This document shows positions 20,207-31,041 of a stretch of DNA of 64,000 nt, piece after piece. The translations under genes were made by a program, and so were the position numbers. Source of the stretch: an uncultured Acidobacteriota bacterium (lineage in GTDB: Bacteria > Acidobacteriota > Thermoanaerobaculia > Multivoradales > SZUA-115); NCBI GenBank assembly GCA_963805975.1, contig CAWDVR010000005.1, forward strand, positions 576,001 to 640,000. Reading direction: 5' to 3'. The notes beneath the pieces were generated by a model, which was not told the DNA's origin, searched no databases, and saw only the letters and a list, made by a program, of their open reading frames with translations. Within the stretch, counting starts at the first letter, position 1, and every line of letters begins with the position of its first letter.

Positions 20207-22117
20207 ATGACCTCATACCTCCTCGACACTCGCGTTTGGTTCCTCTACCTCACCAACCCCTCCAAGCTGCCGGCGCAGCTCAAACAAGTCGTCGACGACT
20301 ACCGCGATCGATGCTGGCTGTCGCCGGCGTCGGTGCTGGAGCTCGCGGCGCAGATCGAGCGCGGCCGAGTCCGGCTCGACTCCGATCTCGGCTCCTGGCT
20401 CAAGGCCACGCGCCGGCGCCTGGCGCTCAAGGAGGCCGCGCTGACCACGGAGATCGCGGTGCGCAGCGGCAAGCTGGAGATCGCCGGCGGCGACTCGGTG
20501 GACCGCCTGCTCGCCGCCACCGCGATCGAGCTCGGACTGACTCTGGTGACGCTCGATCGCCACCTGATGACCGTCGCGGGGCTGGCGACGCTCGTCCTCT
20601 CGGAGAGGCCGGTGGAGGCCGTGCCCGAGCCGCCGGAGGCCTTGAATTTGCCGGCCGAATCGCCCGTGCAGCCGGTGTCGGTTGCCGCTCCGGTGGCCAT
20701 CGAGCCACCGCCGGTGGAGCTGGCACCGCCGACTCCCGAGCCCGCGAAGGCCCCGGAGTTTCCCCGCGCCGTGCCGCCTCTCCGGCTGGCCCGGCCGCCG
20801 CGCGAAGTCGACACTCCGCCCGAGCCCACACCGATTCGGCTCCCTGAGCCGGAACGCACGCCGGAGGAGGAAGCGGCCCACACCGCGGCGGACCTGCGAA
20901 GTGTGATCCGCGCCATCCCGCAGCATCCGGTCGCGACCACGCATGAAGATTTCTCTTCCTTGGGGCTCTCGGAGCCCATCCTGCGCTCGGTGGCGCGCAT
21001 CGGCTTCACCCACCCGACGCCGATCCAGGCGGCGGTGATCCCGGCGGCCCTGACCGGCCGCGACATCATCGGCCTCGCGCAGACGGGCTCCGGCAAGACG
21101 GCGGCCTTCTGCCTGCCGCTCGCCGAGCGCCTCACCCACGGCCGCGGAGTGCGCGGCCTGATCCTGTCGCCGACGCGCGAGATCGCGCTCCAGACCCAGG
21201 CCTTTCTCGAGGTCTTCGGCAAGGACCACGACCTCGAGACCGTGTGTCTGATCGGTGGCGTCGCCATGGGGCCGCAGATCCAGGGCCTGCGCGGCGAGCC
21301 GGACATCGTGGTGGCGACCCCCGGGCGCCTGCTCGACCACTTGCGCCGGCGCAACGTGAAGCTCGACCGCCTCGAGGAGCTGGTCTTCGACGAGGCCGAC
21401 CACATGCTGGACCTGGGCTTCATGCCCCAGATCCAGGAGATCCTCGAGTTCCTGCCGCCCAAGCGCCGGACGATGATGTTCTCGGCCACCATGCCCGAGG
21501 CGATCGAGCGGCTGGCCCGCCGCCTGATGGCCGACCCGGTGCGGGTGGACATCCTGCCCCAGGGCCGCGCGGCCGAGGGCATCAGCCACCGGCTCTACCT
21601 GGTGTCGCCGGACGACAAGAAGGCCTGCCTGCTCGCCCTCCTGCACCAGGAGCTGGGCTCGACGCTGGTCTTCATCCGCCGCAAGGTGGACGCCGAGTGG
21701 CTCTGCAAGATCCTCGGCAACGAGGGCCACCCGGTGGAGCGCATCCACTCGGACCTGTCGCAGGGCCAGCGCACGGACGCGTTGCAAGGTTTCCGCGAGG
21801 GCGAGCACCGCATCCTGGTGGCGACCGACATCGCGGCCCGCGGCCTCGACATCCCCCGCATCCAGCACATCGTCAACTTCGACCTGCCCGAGACCGTGGA
21901 GGACTACATCCACCGCGCCGGGCGCACCGCCCGCGGCACGCTGCGCGGCACGGTCTCCTCGATCGCTATCTGGCAGGACAAGGTGATGATCCGGGACATC
22001 GAGGACGCGCTGGGCAAGGAGATCCCGCGCTGCACGCTGCCGGGGGTCGAGCCCTGGCAGGAGATGAAGACCCGCCCCCGCGGCCGGCACCGGCTGCCCA
22101 TGCGCCGCCGGGTCTGA
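20207..22117 (+). CDS. PIN(VapC)-Pro-rich linker-DEAD-box RNA helicase fusion
   Basis: N-terminal LLDT/SVLE/GDSVDR/TLD PIN motifs; helicase Q motif (PTPIQ), AQTGSGKT, PTREIA, TPGRL, DEAD, SAT, ARGLD, HRAGRTAR. Confidence 0.8.
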   Translation: MTSYLLDTRVWFLYLTNPSKLPAQLKQVVDDYRDRCWLSPASVLELAAQIERGRVRLDSDLGSWLKATRRRLALKEAALTTEIAVRSGKLEIAGGDSVDRLLAATAIELGLTLVTLDRHLMTVAGLATLVLSERPVEAVPEPPEALNLPAESPVQPVSVAAPVAIEPPPVELAPPTPEPAKAPEFPRAVPPLRLARPPREVDTPPEPTPIRLPEPERTPEEEAAHTAADLRSVIRAIPQHPVATTHEDFSSLGLSEPILRSVARIGFTHPTPIQAAVIPAALTGRDIIGLAQTGSGKTAAFCLPLAERLTHGRGVRGLILSPTREIALQTQAFLEVFGKDHDLETVCLIGGVAMGPQIQGLRGEPDIVVATPGRLLDHLRRRNVKLDRLEELVFDEADHMLDLGFMPQIQEILEFLPPKRRTMMFSATMPEAIERLARRLMADPVRVDILPQGRAAEGISHRLYLVSPDDKKACLLALLHQELGSTLVFIRRKVDAEWLCKILGNEGHPVERIHSDLSQGQRTDALQGFREGEHRILVATDIAARGLDIPRIQHIVNFDLPETVEDYIHRAGRTARGTLRGTVSSIAIWQDKVMIRDIEDALGKEIPRCTLPGVEPWQEMKTRPRGRHRLPMRRRV

Positions 22118-22130
22118 GGCGCGAGGAACC

Positions 22131-22310
22131 ATGCTCGAGCCGGTCGAGGTGGCCTGCCCCTACTGCGGGGAGATCGTCGAGATCACGCTCGAGCCCGGCG
22201 AGGAAGGCTCGTTCGTCCAGGACTGCGAGGTCTGCTGCAATCCCTGGCAGGTCACCGCCCGCCGCGACCGGGACGGCGACTTGGACGTCCGGGTCGAGCG
22301 GGCCCAGTAG
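22131..22310 (+). CDS. CPXCG-motif cysteine-rich small protein (59 aa)
   Basis: MLEPVEVACPYCGE...QDCEVCCNPW; GAGG RBS; not in the ORF track. Confidence 0.85.
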   Translation: MLEPVEVACPYCGEIVEITLEPGEEGSFVQDCEVCCNPWQVTARRDRDGDLDVRVERAQ

Positions 22311-22316
22311 AAATCT

Positions 22317-22433
22317 TCCCCTCACCCTAGCCCTCTCCCCGCGAGCGGGGAGAGGGCTAGGGTGCGGTAGCCTCCGCGGGCGGGTGGTGGCGCCCTCGCC
22401 CCGCGTGAGCGGGGAGAGGGTCGGGGTGAGGGG
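22317..22433. repeat. Inverted REP-like pair (CCCTCACCC...CTCTCCC/GGGAGAGGG family)
   Basis: CCCCTCACCCTAGCCCTCTCCCCGCGAGCGGGGAGAGGG and an inverted copy ending GGGGTGAGGGG between convergent genes. Confidence 0.75.
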
Positions 22434-23072
22434 CTACCCCCGCAGCCGCACGCCCTTCAGCATCGCCAGGAACTTCTCCCGTTCGGCGCCGAGCGTGGCG
22501 TCCGGCCCCATCACCTTGAAGAACCAGGGCCCCCCCGGCCCTTCCACCACGGCGCCGAACAGGCGTCCGCCCGGCTGCGGCGCGGTCGGCCCCATTCCCA
22601 TCCCCGAAGGCTTGAGGGTGCCGGCGACGTCGACCCAGGTCACCGGAAGGCCATTGGCCTCGAAGCTCTCGCGTTGCGGCGGCGCCGCGGGCTCCACCTG
22701 ACCGATCCAGCGGTCGAGATTGGCTTCCACGCCACCGCCCTGGCCGGGGCCGAAGAAGAACACCGCGAACTCGGCCGTGCCGCCGGTCCCCTGGATCTCG
22801 CCCTGGGCGATCCGCATGCTCGAGGAGACCGGCGTCTCCTGCCAGCCGGCCGGCAGGGTGTAGACGAGCCCGGCCGAGTTGCGATCCGCGGCCGCCATGG
22901 GCGCCGGCTGGCCGTGCGACGAGAGCGGTGCCAGCTCGCCGCCGGGTCCGGGCGCGGCCGAGGGGGCTGCCGTGGCGGCTGGCGCGGCGCCGTGGTCGGG
23001 AGCCTTGCCACCGCACGCGGCGAGCGGGAGGGCGAGAAGGGCGGCGGCAAGAGCGAAGGCGAAGCGAGTCAT
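22434..23072 (-). CDS. Hypothetical lipoprotein
   Basis: Lipobox LAAC; GGGVEANLDRWIGQ, GGPWFFKVMGP. Confidence 0.75.
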   Translation of the reverse strand: MTRFAFALAAALLALPLAACGGKAPDHGAAPAATAAPSAAPGPGGELAPLSSHGQPAPMAAADRNSAGLVYTLPAGWQETPVSSSMRIAQGEIQGTGGTAEFAVFFFGPGQGGGVEANLDRWIGQVEPAAPPQRESFEANGLPVTWVDVAGTLKPSGMGMGPTAPQPGGRLFGAVVEGPGGPWFFKVMGPDATLGAEREKFLAMLKGVRLRG

Positions 23073-23166
23073 TCGGGTCTCCTTGGGCTGGGATGGGCGG
23101 CCACAGGGTATCGAACCCCTGGCAAGGGTTCAATGCTCCTAGCTCTTGTACGGAGAGCCGCCTGCC

Positions 23167-23282
23167 GGATGGATTCCCGCTTTCGCGGGAATGACCCAGA
23201 TGTAAAACGGCACACTCAAACTCTCCGGCCCGTCTCGCGGTCGCCGTACTTTCGTCATTCCCGCGAAAGCGGGAATCCATCC
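23167..23282. repeat. REPIN-like element: two 29-bp inverted palindromic repeats
   Basis: GGATGGATTCCCGCTTTCGCGGGAATGAC (23167-23195) and its exact reverse complement (23254-23282). Confidence 0.85.
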
Positions 23283-23287
23283 AAGGC

Positions 23288-23350
23288 TTGACATCTCTCG
23301 CCGCACATGGATAATGACTGACTGTTCAGTCAACTGAACGCCCATTCAGT
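23288..23350 (+). promoter_or_regulatory. Sigma70-like promoter and TetR operators
   Basis: TTGACA (23288) ... GATAAT (23310); palindromes TGACTGA-CTGT-TCAGTCA (23315-23332) and ACTGAA-N6-TTCAGT (23333-23350). Confidence 0.7.
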
Positions 23351-23393
23351 CATTCCATCCTCATTCATCTATAGCACCGCAAGAGGCAGTTGC

Positions 23394-24002
23394 ATGAAGA
23401 CCAAAGACGAAGTCCTCCAGGAGTTCCGCATCCAGGCCATCCGCGAGGCGGCGGGCCGAGTGGTGGCCGAGAAAGGCATCGAAGCCACCACCATGGAGGC
23501 GATCGCCGAGGCCGCCGGCATCGCCAAGGGCACCATCTACCTCTACTTCAAGAACCGCGAGGATCTGCTGGAGAAAACGGCCGAGCACGCGCTCGGCGGC
23601 CTGGTGAGCGAGATGGAGTCCACCGTCGGCGACGGCGGGCCGTTCCGCCAGCAGTTCGAAGCCTTCATCCGGCGCACGCTGCAGTTCTTCGACACCCAGC
23701 GCGATTTCTTCCGCCTCTACCGTGCTGTGGTGGAGCACGCCGGCCGTTGCGAGGTGCGGCATCAGCACCCCCTCTACCAGCGCTACCTGCGGGACCTCAC
23801 CGGCTGGCTCGCCGCCGCTACTTCGCGCGGCGACATCGCGGCCGGTGACCCGCAACGCGTCGCGCTGGTGTTGGCGGAGGCCATCCACGCCGTGCTCATG
23901 CAGCGCGCGCGGGAAGAGGAGCGACGGCCGATCGAGGAGGAGGCCGCATGGCTCTCGGCCCTGCTGCTCGACGGCATCGCCCCCCAGGGAGGCCGGTCAT
24001 GA
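23394..24002 (+). CDS. TetR/AcrR family regulator
   Basis: TTMEAIAEAAGIAKGTIYLYFKNREDL HTH. Confidence 0.93.
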   Translation: MKTKDEVLQEFRIQAIREAAGRVVAEKGIEATTMEAIAEAAGIAKGTIYLYFKNREDLLEKTAEHALGGLVSEMESTVGDGGPFRQQFEAFIRRTLQFFDTQRDFFRLYRAVVEHAGRCEVRHQHPLYQRYLRDLTGWLAAATSRGDIAAGDPQRVALVLAEAIHAVLMQRAREEERRPIEEEAAWLSALLLDGIAPQGGRS

Positions 24003-25321
24003 GGCCCTCGTGCAGGACGACCGCCGTGCTGCTCGGCGCCTGGTTGGCCGCGGCACCCGCGGCCCGTGCCCAGGAGCCCGTGGCCCGCCTCACGTTGCAA
24101 GAAGCTTTCGCGCGGGCGCTCGCGGCCAATGCCGACGTCCTCAGCTCGCGCCTCGAGCAGGTGCGTGCAGAGGAGCGCGTGCGCTACTACCGCTCGTTCA
24201 TCTTCCCGCGCGTCAACTTGACCGGCGCCTACACTCTGAACAAGGACGAGGTCTCCTTCGGCAGCGGCGCCGACCGCCGCGTCATCCAGCCCAAGGCCGA
24301 TTGGAGCGCCACCCTCGGCTTCCGCCAGCCGATCTATGCTGGGGCCCGCGAGTGGCGGGCCTATGCGCAGTCCAAGCTCGAGGTGGAGCAGGCCCAGTCG
24401 CTGGTCGCGGACTCCGAGAACCAGGTGCTGCTCGGGGTCGGCGCCGACTTCATGACTGCGGTCGAGAGCCAGGCGCTGGTCGACGTGGAGCAGAAGAACG
24501 TCGAGCTTTCCCGCCGGCGGATCGAGCAGGCACGCGCCTTCTACGAGGTCGGCGAGGTGACCCAGGTCGACGTGCTGCGGGCCGAGGCGGCGATCAAGGC
24601 TGCCGAGCGCCTGCTCGTCTCGGCCCTGGGAGAGCGCGACAAGGCCGAGGGCAGGCTGCGGGTGGCGCTCGCCGTCGAGGGCGACCTCGAGGTCGTGCCG
24701 CCCGGGGACTTCCTGCCGCCGATGCCGGCCGAGGCGGTCCTGGTGGCGCAGGCGGCCGACGCCTTCCCCGCGCTGCACGATGCCGAGCTCGAGGTCGAGA
24801 TCGCGGCCCTCGAGGTCAAGAAGCAGAAGGGCGCGGCACTGCCGGTGCTCTACGCCGACGGCGGCTGGACGCAGCAGAAGCGCGAGTTCCCCTCCTCGGA
24901 CAACGCCTCGCTGAGCCTCAACCTGCAGGTGCCGCTGTTCACCGCCGGCGAGGTCAGAGCGCAGGTCGAGGAAGCCAGGAGCAAGGAGCACCTGGCGCGC
25001 CTGCGACTCGAAGAGCTGCAGCGCCGCCTGCGCGAGGAGGTCCACGCGGCCCTCCTCGACGTCGAGACCGCCCGCAAGGTGCGTGAGCTGGCCGCGGAAG
25101 AGCTCGAGACCGCCGAGCTCGAGCACTCGCAGGCCTTCGATCTCTACCGGGCCCAGGAGTCGACCGCCCTCGACCTCGAGGCCGCCGAGCTCTCACTCGC
25201 CGGCGCGCGCCGCATCGCCGTCACCGCCGACATCGACGCCAAGATCGCCGAGCTCCGTGCCTGGTACTTCGCCGGAGCCTTGAAACAGGCTTTCGCTTCC
25301 CCAGAAGGAACCACACCATGA
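23999..25321 (+). CDS. TolC-family outer membrane efflux protein
   Basis: Signal peptide, LTLQEA..RALAAN, QPIYAG, GEVTQVDVLRAE, VPLFTAG. Confidence 0.85.
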   Translation: MRPSCRTTAVLLGAWLAAAPAARAQEPVARLTLQEAFARALAANADVLSSRLEQVRAEERVRYYRSFIFPRVNLTGAYTLNKDEVSFGSGADRRVIQPKADWSATLGFRQPIYAGAREWRAYAQSKLEVEQAQSLVADSENQVLLGVGADFMTAVESQALVDVEQKNVELSRRRIEQARAFYEVGEVTQVDVLRAEAAIKAAERLLVSALGERDKAEGRLRVALAVEGDLEVVPPGDFLPPMPAEAVLVAQAADAFPALHDAELEVEIAALEVKKQKGAALPVLYADGGWTQQKREFPSSDNASLSLNLQVPLFTAGEVRAQVEEARSKEHLARLRLEELQRRLREEVHAALLDVETARKVRELAAEELETAELEHSQAFDLYRAQESTALDLEAAELSLAGARRIAVTADIDAKIAELRAWYFAGALKQAFASPEGTTP

Positions 25322-26283
25322 TCGCGCTCCGCCGTAGCTTCCTGCTCTCGGCTCTCCTGGCGGGAGCCTGCCTCGCACTCTCCGGCTGCGGCTCGAAGCC
25401 CGCGGCCACCGCCGACGTGCCGGCGGCCCCGGCCGAGCTGCCGGCCGACGTCGCCGGCGTGGCCTCGGAGCTCGAAAAGGCCTCGGCACCGGCAACGCCT
25501 GCGACCGACCCCGGCACCGCCGCTCCGGCGAAGGCGACCTCGGGCCCCATTACCGCAACTGGAGAGTTCGTCTCGCCCGTGCGCTCCGAGCTGGTGGTGC
25601 GGACCCCCGGCCGGGTGGCCGTGATCCACGCCGACGAGGGCGACCGCGTGCGCCGCGGCCAGGCGCTCCTCGCGCTCGAGACCCAGTACCTGAAGCCGGA
25701 GCTCGAGGGCGCCGAGGCGGACCTCTCCCGCGCCCGGGCGGCGCTCAACGAGGCGAAGAGCGACTTCGAGCGCAAGGAGCAGCTCCTGGCGCGAAACGCC
25801 ATCCCGCAGTCCCTCCACGACCGCTCGCGCGGCGCCTACGAGCAGGCCGGGGCCGCCGTCGCCGCGGCCGAGGCGGCGGCGGGGCTCGCCCGCCAGAAGC
25901 TCGCGGATGCCGTGCTCACCTCGCCCATCGACGGCGTGGTGGCCGAGCGCCGCGCCGACGTGGGCGAGCGCCTGGGGGACAACACCGTGGCCTACGTGCT
26001 GGTGCAGCTCTCGCCCTTGAAGCTCCGCTTCGAGCTGCCCGAGCGCTACCTGTCGCAGGTCAGGAAGGGCTCGAACGTGGTGGCGCAGGTCGATCCGTTC
26101 CCCGGCGAGGTGTTCAGCGGCCGGGTGGCGATGGTGGGGAGCGTGGTCAACGCCGAGAGCCGGGCGTTCCCGGTGGAGGCCGAGTTCGCCAACCGCGACG
26201 CCCGCCTGCGGCCGGGCCTCTTCGCCCGGATCGAGCTCGACGCCGGCGCCGGTCGACGGCCGGCAAGAGGAGACCAGCCATGA
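25318..26283 (+). CDS. RND efflux periplasmic adaptor (MFP)
   Basis: Lipobox [30 protein letters not shown]. Confidence 0.9.
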   Translation: MIALRRSFLLSALLAGACLALSGCGSKPAATADVPAAPAELPADVAGVASELEKASAPATPATDPGTAAPAKATSGPITATGEFVSPVRSELVVRTPGRVAVIHADEGDRVRRGQALLALETQYLKPELEGAEADLSRARAALNEAKSDFERKEQLLARNAIPQSLHDRSRGAYEQAGAAVAAAEAAAGLARQKLADAVLTSPIDGVVAERRADVGERLGDNTVAYVLVQLSPLKLRFELPERYLSQVRKGSNVVAQVDPFPGEVFSGRVAMVGSVVNAESRAFPVEAEFANRDARLRPGLFARIELDAGAGRRPARGDQP

Positions 26284-29200
26284 ACAAGCTGGCCGAGATC
26301 TGCGTCCGGCGGCCCGTCTTCGCCACGGTGCTGATCCTGTCGCTGGTGGTGGTGGGCATCTTCTCCTACGCCCAGCTCGGAGTGGACCGCTTCCCCAACG
26401 TCGACTTCCCGCTGGTCAACGTCACGACCGTCCTGGTGGGCGCCGCGCCCGAGGAGATCGAGACCGAGATCACGGACAAGATCGAGGAGGCGGTCAACAC
26501 CATCAGCGGCATCGACCAGCTGTTCTCGGTCTCCTCCGAGGGCATCTCGGTGGTCACCGTCCGCTTCGACCTGGAGAAGGACGGCGACGTCGGCGCGCAG
26601 GAAGTGCGCGACAAGGTCAACGGCATCCTGCGCGACCTGCCGGACGATGCCGAGCCGCCGGTGATCGAGAAGATCGACACCGACGCGACGCCGGTCCTGT
26701 CGATCGCGCTCTCGGGCGCGGCGCCGGTCCGCGATCTCTACGAGTTCGCCGACAAGAACCTGCGCCGCCAGATCGAGAGCATCCTGGGCGTCGGCCAGGT
26801 CGCTGATCGTCGGCGGCCGCGCGCGGCAGATCAACGTCGTCCTGGACACCGCCAAGCTCGCCGCCGTCGACCTCACCTCGGCCGACGTGGTGCGGGCGCT
26901 GCAGAGCCAGAACGTGCAGATCCCCGGCGGCAAGGTCGAGCAGGGCGTGCGCGACCTGACGCTGCGCACCTACGGCCGCGTGACGAGGCCGCAGGAGTTC
27001 GCCGACCTCGCCGTCGCCACGCGCGGCGACTACACCGTGCGGGTGCGGGACGTGGCACGCATCGAGGACAGCCAGGCGGAGGTCGAATCGATCGCCTCGG
27101 TCAACGGCGAGCCCGCCGTGGTGCTCTTGGTGCGCAAGCAGTCCGGCACCAACACCATCGCGGTGGTCGATCGCGTCAAGGAGCGGCTCGGGACCCTCGG
27201 CCAGCAGCTTCCGCCTGGCTGGAAGATGCAGCTCACGCGCGACCAGTCGGACTACATCCTGGCCGCGGTCGAGAACGTGCAGGAGCACCTGATCCTGGGC
27301 TCGCTCTTCGCCTCGGCCGTGGTCTGGCTCTTCCTGCGCAAGCTGCGGCCGACGGTGATCGCGGCGGTGGCCATCCCGGCCTCGCTCATCGCCACCTTCG
27401 GCGCCATGGAGTACATGGGCTTCACGCTCAACGTCATCACGCTCCTCGCCCTGACGCTCGCTGTGGGCATCGTGATCGACGACGCGGTGGTAGTGCTCGA
27501 GAACATCTTCCGCTTCATGGAGGAGAAGCAGCAGCCCCCCAGGCAGGCCGCGGTCGAGGGCACGCGCGAGATCGCGCTCGCCGTGCTGGCCACCAGCCTG
27601 TCGCTGATCGCGGTCTTCCTGCCGGTCGCCTTCATGGGCGGCATCGTCGGCCGCTTCATGAACTCCTTCGGCGTCACCATGGCGTTCGCCATCGCGGTGT
27701 CGCTCCTGGTCTCGTTCACGCTGACGCCGATGATGGCCTCGCGCTGGCTGAAGCGCGAGGATCTGTCGGCTGGAGGGGCACACGGCGGGAGCTCGCGCGA
27801 GATCGGATTCTACGCCTGGATCGAGCGCCGCTACCTGAAACTCCTCGACTGGTCGCATGGCCCACCGCTGGGTGGTGGTGACGGTGATGGTGCTGGTGTT
27901 CCTTTCGACCATCCCGCTCTTCAGCGCAGCGAACAAGAACTTCCTGCCCAACGACGACGAGTCGCAGTTCTCGGTCTCGGTGCGGGCGCCGGAAGGCTCG
28001 AGCGTCACCGCGACCGAGACCATCCTGGAGTCGATCGCCACCCGCATCCGCCAGCTCCCGGGCGTCGAGGCCACCGTCATCACCATCGGCGACGACCCGC
28101 AGAAGACCCAGAACCTGGGCTCGGTCTTCGTCGATCTGCTGGCGGTGGGTGAGCGCGACCGGTCGCAGTTCGCGATCATGGACGAGGTACGCAAAGAGGT
28201 CCTGCCGCTCTACGCCAAGCTCGACCTGCGCACGCAGGTGTCGCAGATCTCGGCCATCGGCGGCGGCAACAACGCCGAGATCCAGTTCTGGATCGGCGGC
28301 CCGGACCTCGCCAAGCTCGCCGAGTACTCCGAGGTGCTGCTCGCCAAGCTCAGGGCCATTCCGGGAGCCGCCGACCCGGACAGCAACCTGGTGGTGGGCA
28401 AGCCCGAGCTCTCGGTGCGGATCGACCGCGACAAGGCGGCGGACCTCGGCGTGCGCGTGCAGGACATCGCCCTCACGCTTGAACGTCGCTGGTGGGCGGC
28501 CAGGAGGTGACCGACTTCTACGAGGGTGGCGAGCAGTACGAGGTGCACGTGCGCGCCGCCGAAGAGGACCGGGCGAGCGCCGCTTCCATCCGGCGCGCCG
28601 AGGTGCCCTCGGCCAACCTCGGCACCGTGAAGCTCGAGGACGTGGTCTCGCTCACCGAGAGCGAGGGGCCGTCGCTGGTGAACCGCATCTCCCGCCGCCG
28701 GCAGGTGCTGATCTACGCGAACATGCTGCCCGGCTACTCGTCCCAGACCATCATCGACGCGCTCCACGACGGCGCTCGGCAGCTCAAGATGCCGGCGGGC
28801 TACGCCTACGGCCTCACCGGCCGCTCCCGCGAGCAGGGCAAGGCCGCGGCGAGCTTCGCCATCGCCTTCCTGCTGTCGATCATCTTCATGTACCTGATGC
28901 TGGCGGCGCAGTTCGAGAGCTGGATCCACCCGGTGACGATCCTGCTGGCGCTGCCGATGACGGTGCCGTTCGCGCTGCTCGCGATCGTGGTGCTGGACCA
29001 GAGCGTCAACATCTTCTCGGCCCTGGGGATCCTGGTGCTGTTCGGCATCGTCAAGAAGAACGGCATCCTGCAGATCGACCACATGAACGGCTTGCGCGCC
29101 GAGGGCCATGCCGCGGCACGAGGCGATCCTCCTCGGCAACCGCGACCGGCTGCGGCCGATCCTGATGACCACGCTCGCCTTCGTGGCCGGCATGATCCCG

Positions 29201-29458
29201 CTGGTGTTCTCGAGCGGCACGGGCGCGGGCACCAACCGTGCGATCGGCGCGGTCATCATCGGCGGCCAGACGCTGTCCCTGCTCCTCACCCTCCTCGCGA
29301 CACCGGTGATGTACTCGATCTTCGACGACTGGTCGCAAGCCCGCATCCTGTCGCGGATCTTCCGCCGGAAGAAGCAGGAGCCGATCGAGCCGGGCGGCGG
29401 GTTGCCCGACCGCCAGCCGGAGATCGAGGTGCCGGAGCCGGAGCTCGCGGCACGCTAG
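26280..29458 (+). CDS. RND efflux permease (AcrB/MdtC-like), about 4 frameshifts
   Basis: [38 protein letters not shown] spread over ORFs 26280/26887/27857/28492/29108; probable sequencing indels. Confidence 0.85.
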
Positions 29459-29468
29459 AATGAGCGAC

Positions 29469-29568
29469 GGAAGCGCTCGGGGGCTGGTGCCTTCTGCGGT
29501 CTTCAAAACCGTTGTCCCGTGCCGGTTCCGGCATGGGGGGTGGGTTCGATTCCCATGCGCTTCCGCCA
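29469..29568 (+). tRNA. selC: tRNA-Sec (anticodon TCA)
   Basis: 8-bp acceptor stem GGAAGCGC/GCGCTTCC, CTTCAAA anticodon loop, long variable arm, GGTTCGATTCC, ends GCCA. Confidence 0.92.
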
Positions 29569-29586
29569 ATTCCTAGGAGAGAACCC

Positions 29587-30150
29587 ATGGCCTCAGCTTC
29601 CGCCTTCCTCGCGCTCTGCCTGTTGTCCGCACCTCTTGCAGCGCAGGAGATCGGAACGGCGGGTGGTCGGGGCACGATCACTCGCCAGATCGGATGGAAC
29701 GACGAGACCAAGGAAGCGGTGGTCGAGCAGGTCGGCTTCTCGCCTCGATTTTCCTACGCCTACACCGAGGGCACGGGGGCGGACCGTTTCCAATGGATCG
29801 TCCTCACCGAGAAGGAGCCACCCCTCAAGAGCTGGGCGGGGACCAAGGATCACGCCGAGGCCCGCCGGCTCTGGTGCGAGAAGGAACAGGCCTCGTTCGT
29901 CGCGGTGAAGCTGGATGCCCAGGGCGCGGTCGACCTCTACTTCCTCTGCCCGGCAAACGGCCAGGTCAACACCGAAATGTTGAGCTCCTGGAACGGGCTC
30001 GACAGCGTCGTCATCACCCTCGAAGGCAAAGACCCGAAGCGGATCCAGGGCACTCTGCGCGGCGGTGAGGGATCCTGCCCGGATGCAGAGGGCAGGCAGG
30101 CGTACTGCACCCCACAGGATGACTACACCTTCGACGCTCCCCGTCGCTAG
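29587..30150 (+). CDS. Hypothetical secreted protein
   Basis: AGGAG RBS, signal peptide LAAQ, 187 aa. Confidence 0.65.
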   Translation: MASASAFLALCLLSAPLAAQEIGTAGGRGTITRQIGWNDETKEAVVEQVGFSPRFSYAYTEGTGADRFQWIVLTEKEPPLKSWAGTKDHAEARRLWCEKEQASFVAVKLDAQGAVDLYFLCPANGQVNTEMLSSWNGLDSVVITLEGKDPKRIQGTLRGGEGSCPDAEGRQAYCTPQDDYTFDAPRR

Positions 30151-30160
30151 ATTGCGCGGC

Positions 30161-30985
30161 ATGTTGGGGCTGCGAGGCGTCCGGAGGGTCTTTCTGGGTG
30201 GTTGTCTCCTCGTAGTGCCCTACTTCCCGGCGACCGCCGCGGAGCCGCCGGACACTGGTCATCGGCGAGACCTTCACCATCACCTCTGAGATCTTGGGCG
30301 AGACCCGGCGCATCAATGTCTACCTGCCGCCGGGCTATGCGGAGTCTCCTGATGCACGGGTTCCCGTGCTCTACATGCCGGACGGTGGCATGGCCGAGGA
30401 CTTCCTGCACGTGGCCGGGCTCGTCCAGGTCTCGGTGGGGAATGGGACGATGCGCCCATTCCTGCTGGTGGGGATCGAGAACACCGAGCGCCGCCGCGAC
30501 ATGACGGGCTCGACGGAGAACGAAGAGGACAAGAAGATCGCGCCACGGGTGGGAGGCTCCGCGGCGTTCCGGCGGTTCCTCCGCGAGGAGCTCATGCCGC
30601 AGGTGAAGGAGCGCTATCGCACGACCGAGGAAACGGCGATCGTGGGCGAGTCCCTGGCCGGGCTGTTCGTGGTGGAGACGTTCCTTCTGGAACCGGACCT
30701 GTTCGACATCTACTGGCGTTCGATCCCAGCCTCTGGTGGAACGACGGGAAGCTGGTCCAGGGAGCCGGAGAGAGGCTGCGGGCACAGCCCACGCTCAAGA
30801 AGACGCTGTATCTGGCGAGCAGCGACGAGAAAGGGCTCGCGGAGGCCGCGCAGCGCTTCGCCGATGTCCTCGCCGGGAACGCGCCCGCCGGCGTCCGCTG
30901 GCACTACGAGAAGATGCCGGAGGAGAAGCACTCCACGATCTATCATCCCGCCGCGCTCAAGGCTTTTCGCGCGATGCTCAAGTAG
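30161..30985 (+). CDS. Alpha/beta hydrolase (IroE/esterase-like), 2 frameshifts
   Basis: GETRRINVYLPPGY, LYMPDGG, GESLAG nucleophile elbow, FDPSLWWN, EEKHSTIYHP across frames. Confidence 0.8.
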
Positions 30986-31041
30986 AACCTGCCGGGGCGG
31001 CCGCCTGAACGACCGCCCCCACTCATGCGCTTCCGCGAGAC

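Noticed and set aside
26280-29458. RND permease as a true pseudogene or programmed frameshift
   Set aside because: Similar single-base shifts occur in the hydrolase, integrase, symporter and recombinase, with no slippery motifs or in-frame stops; most likely long-read indel errors.
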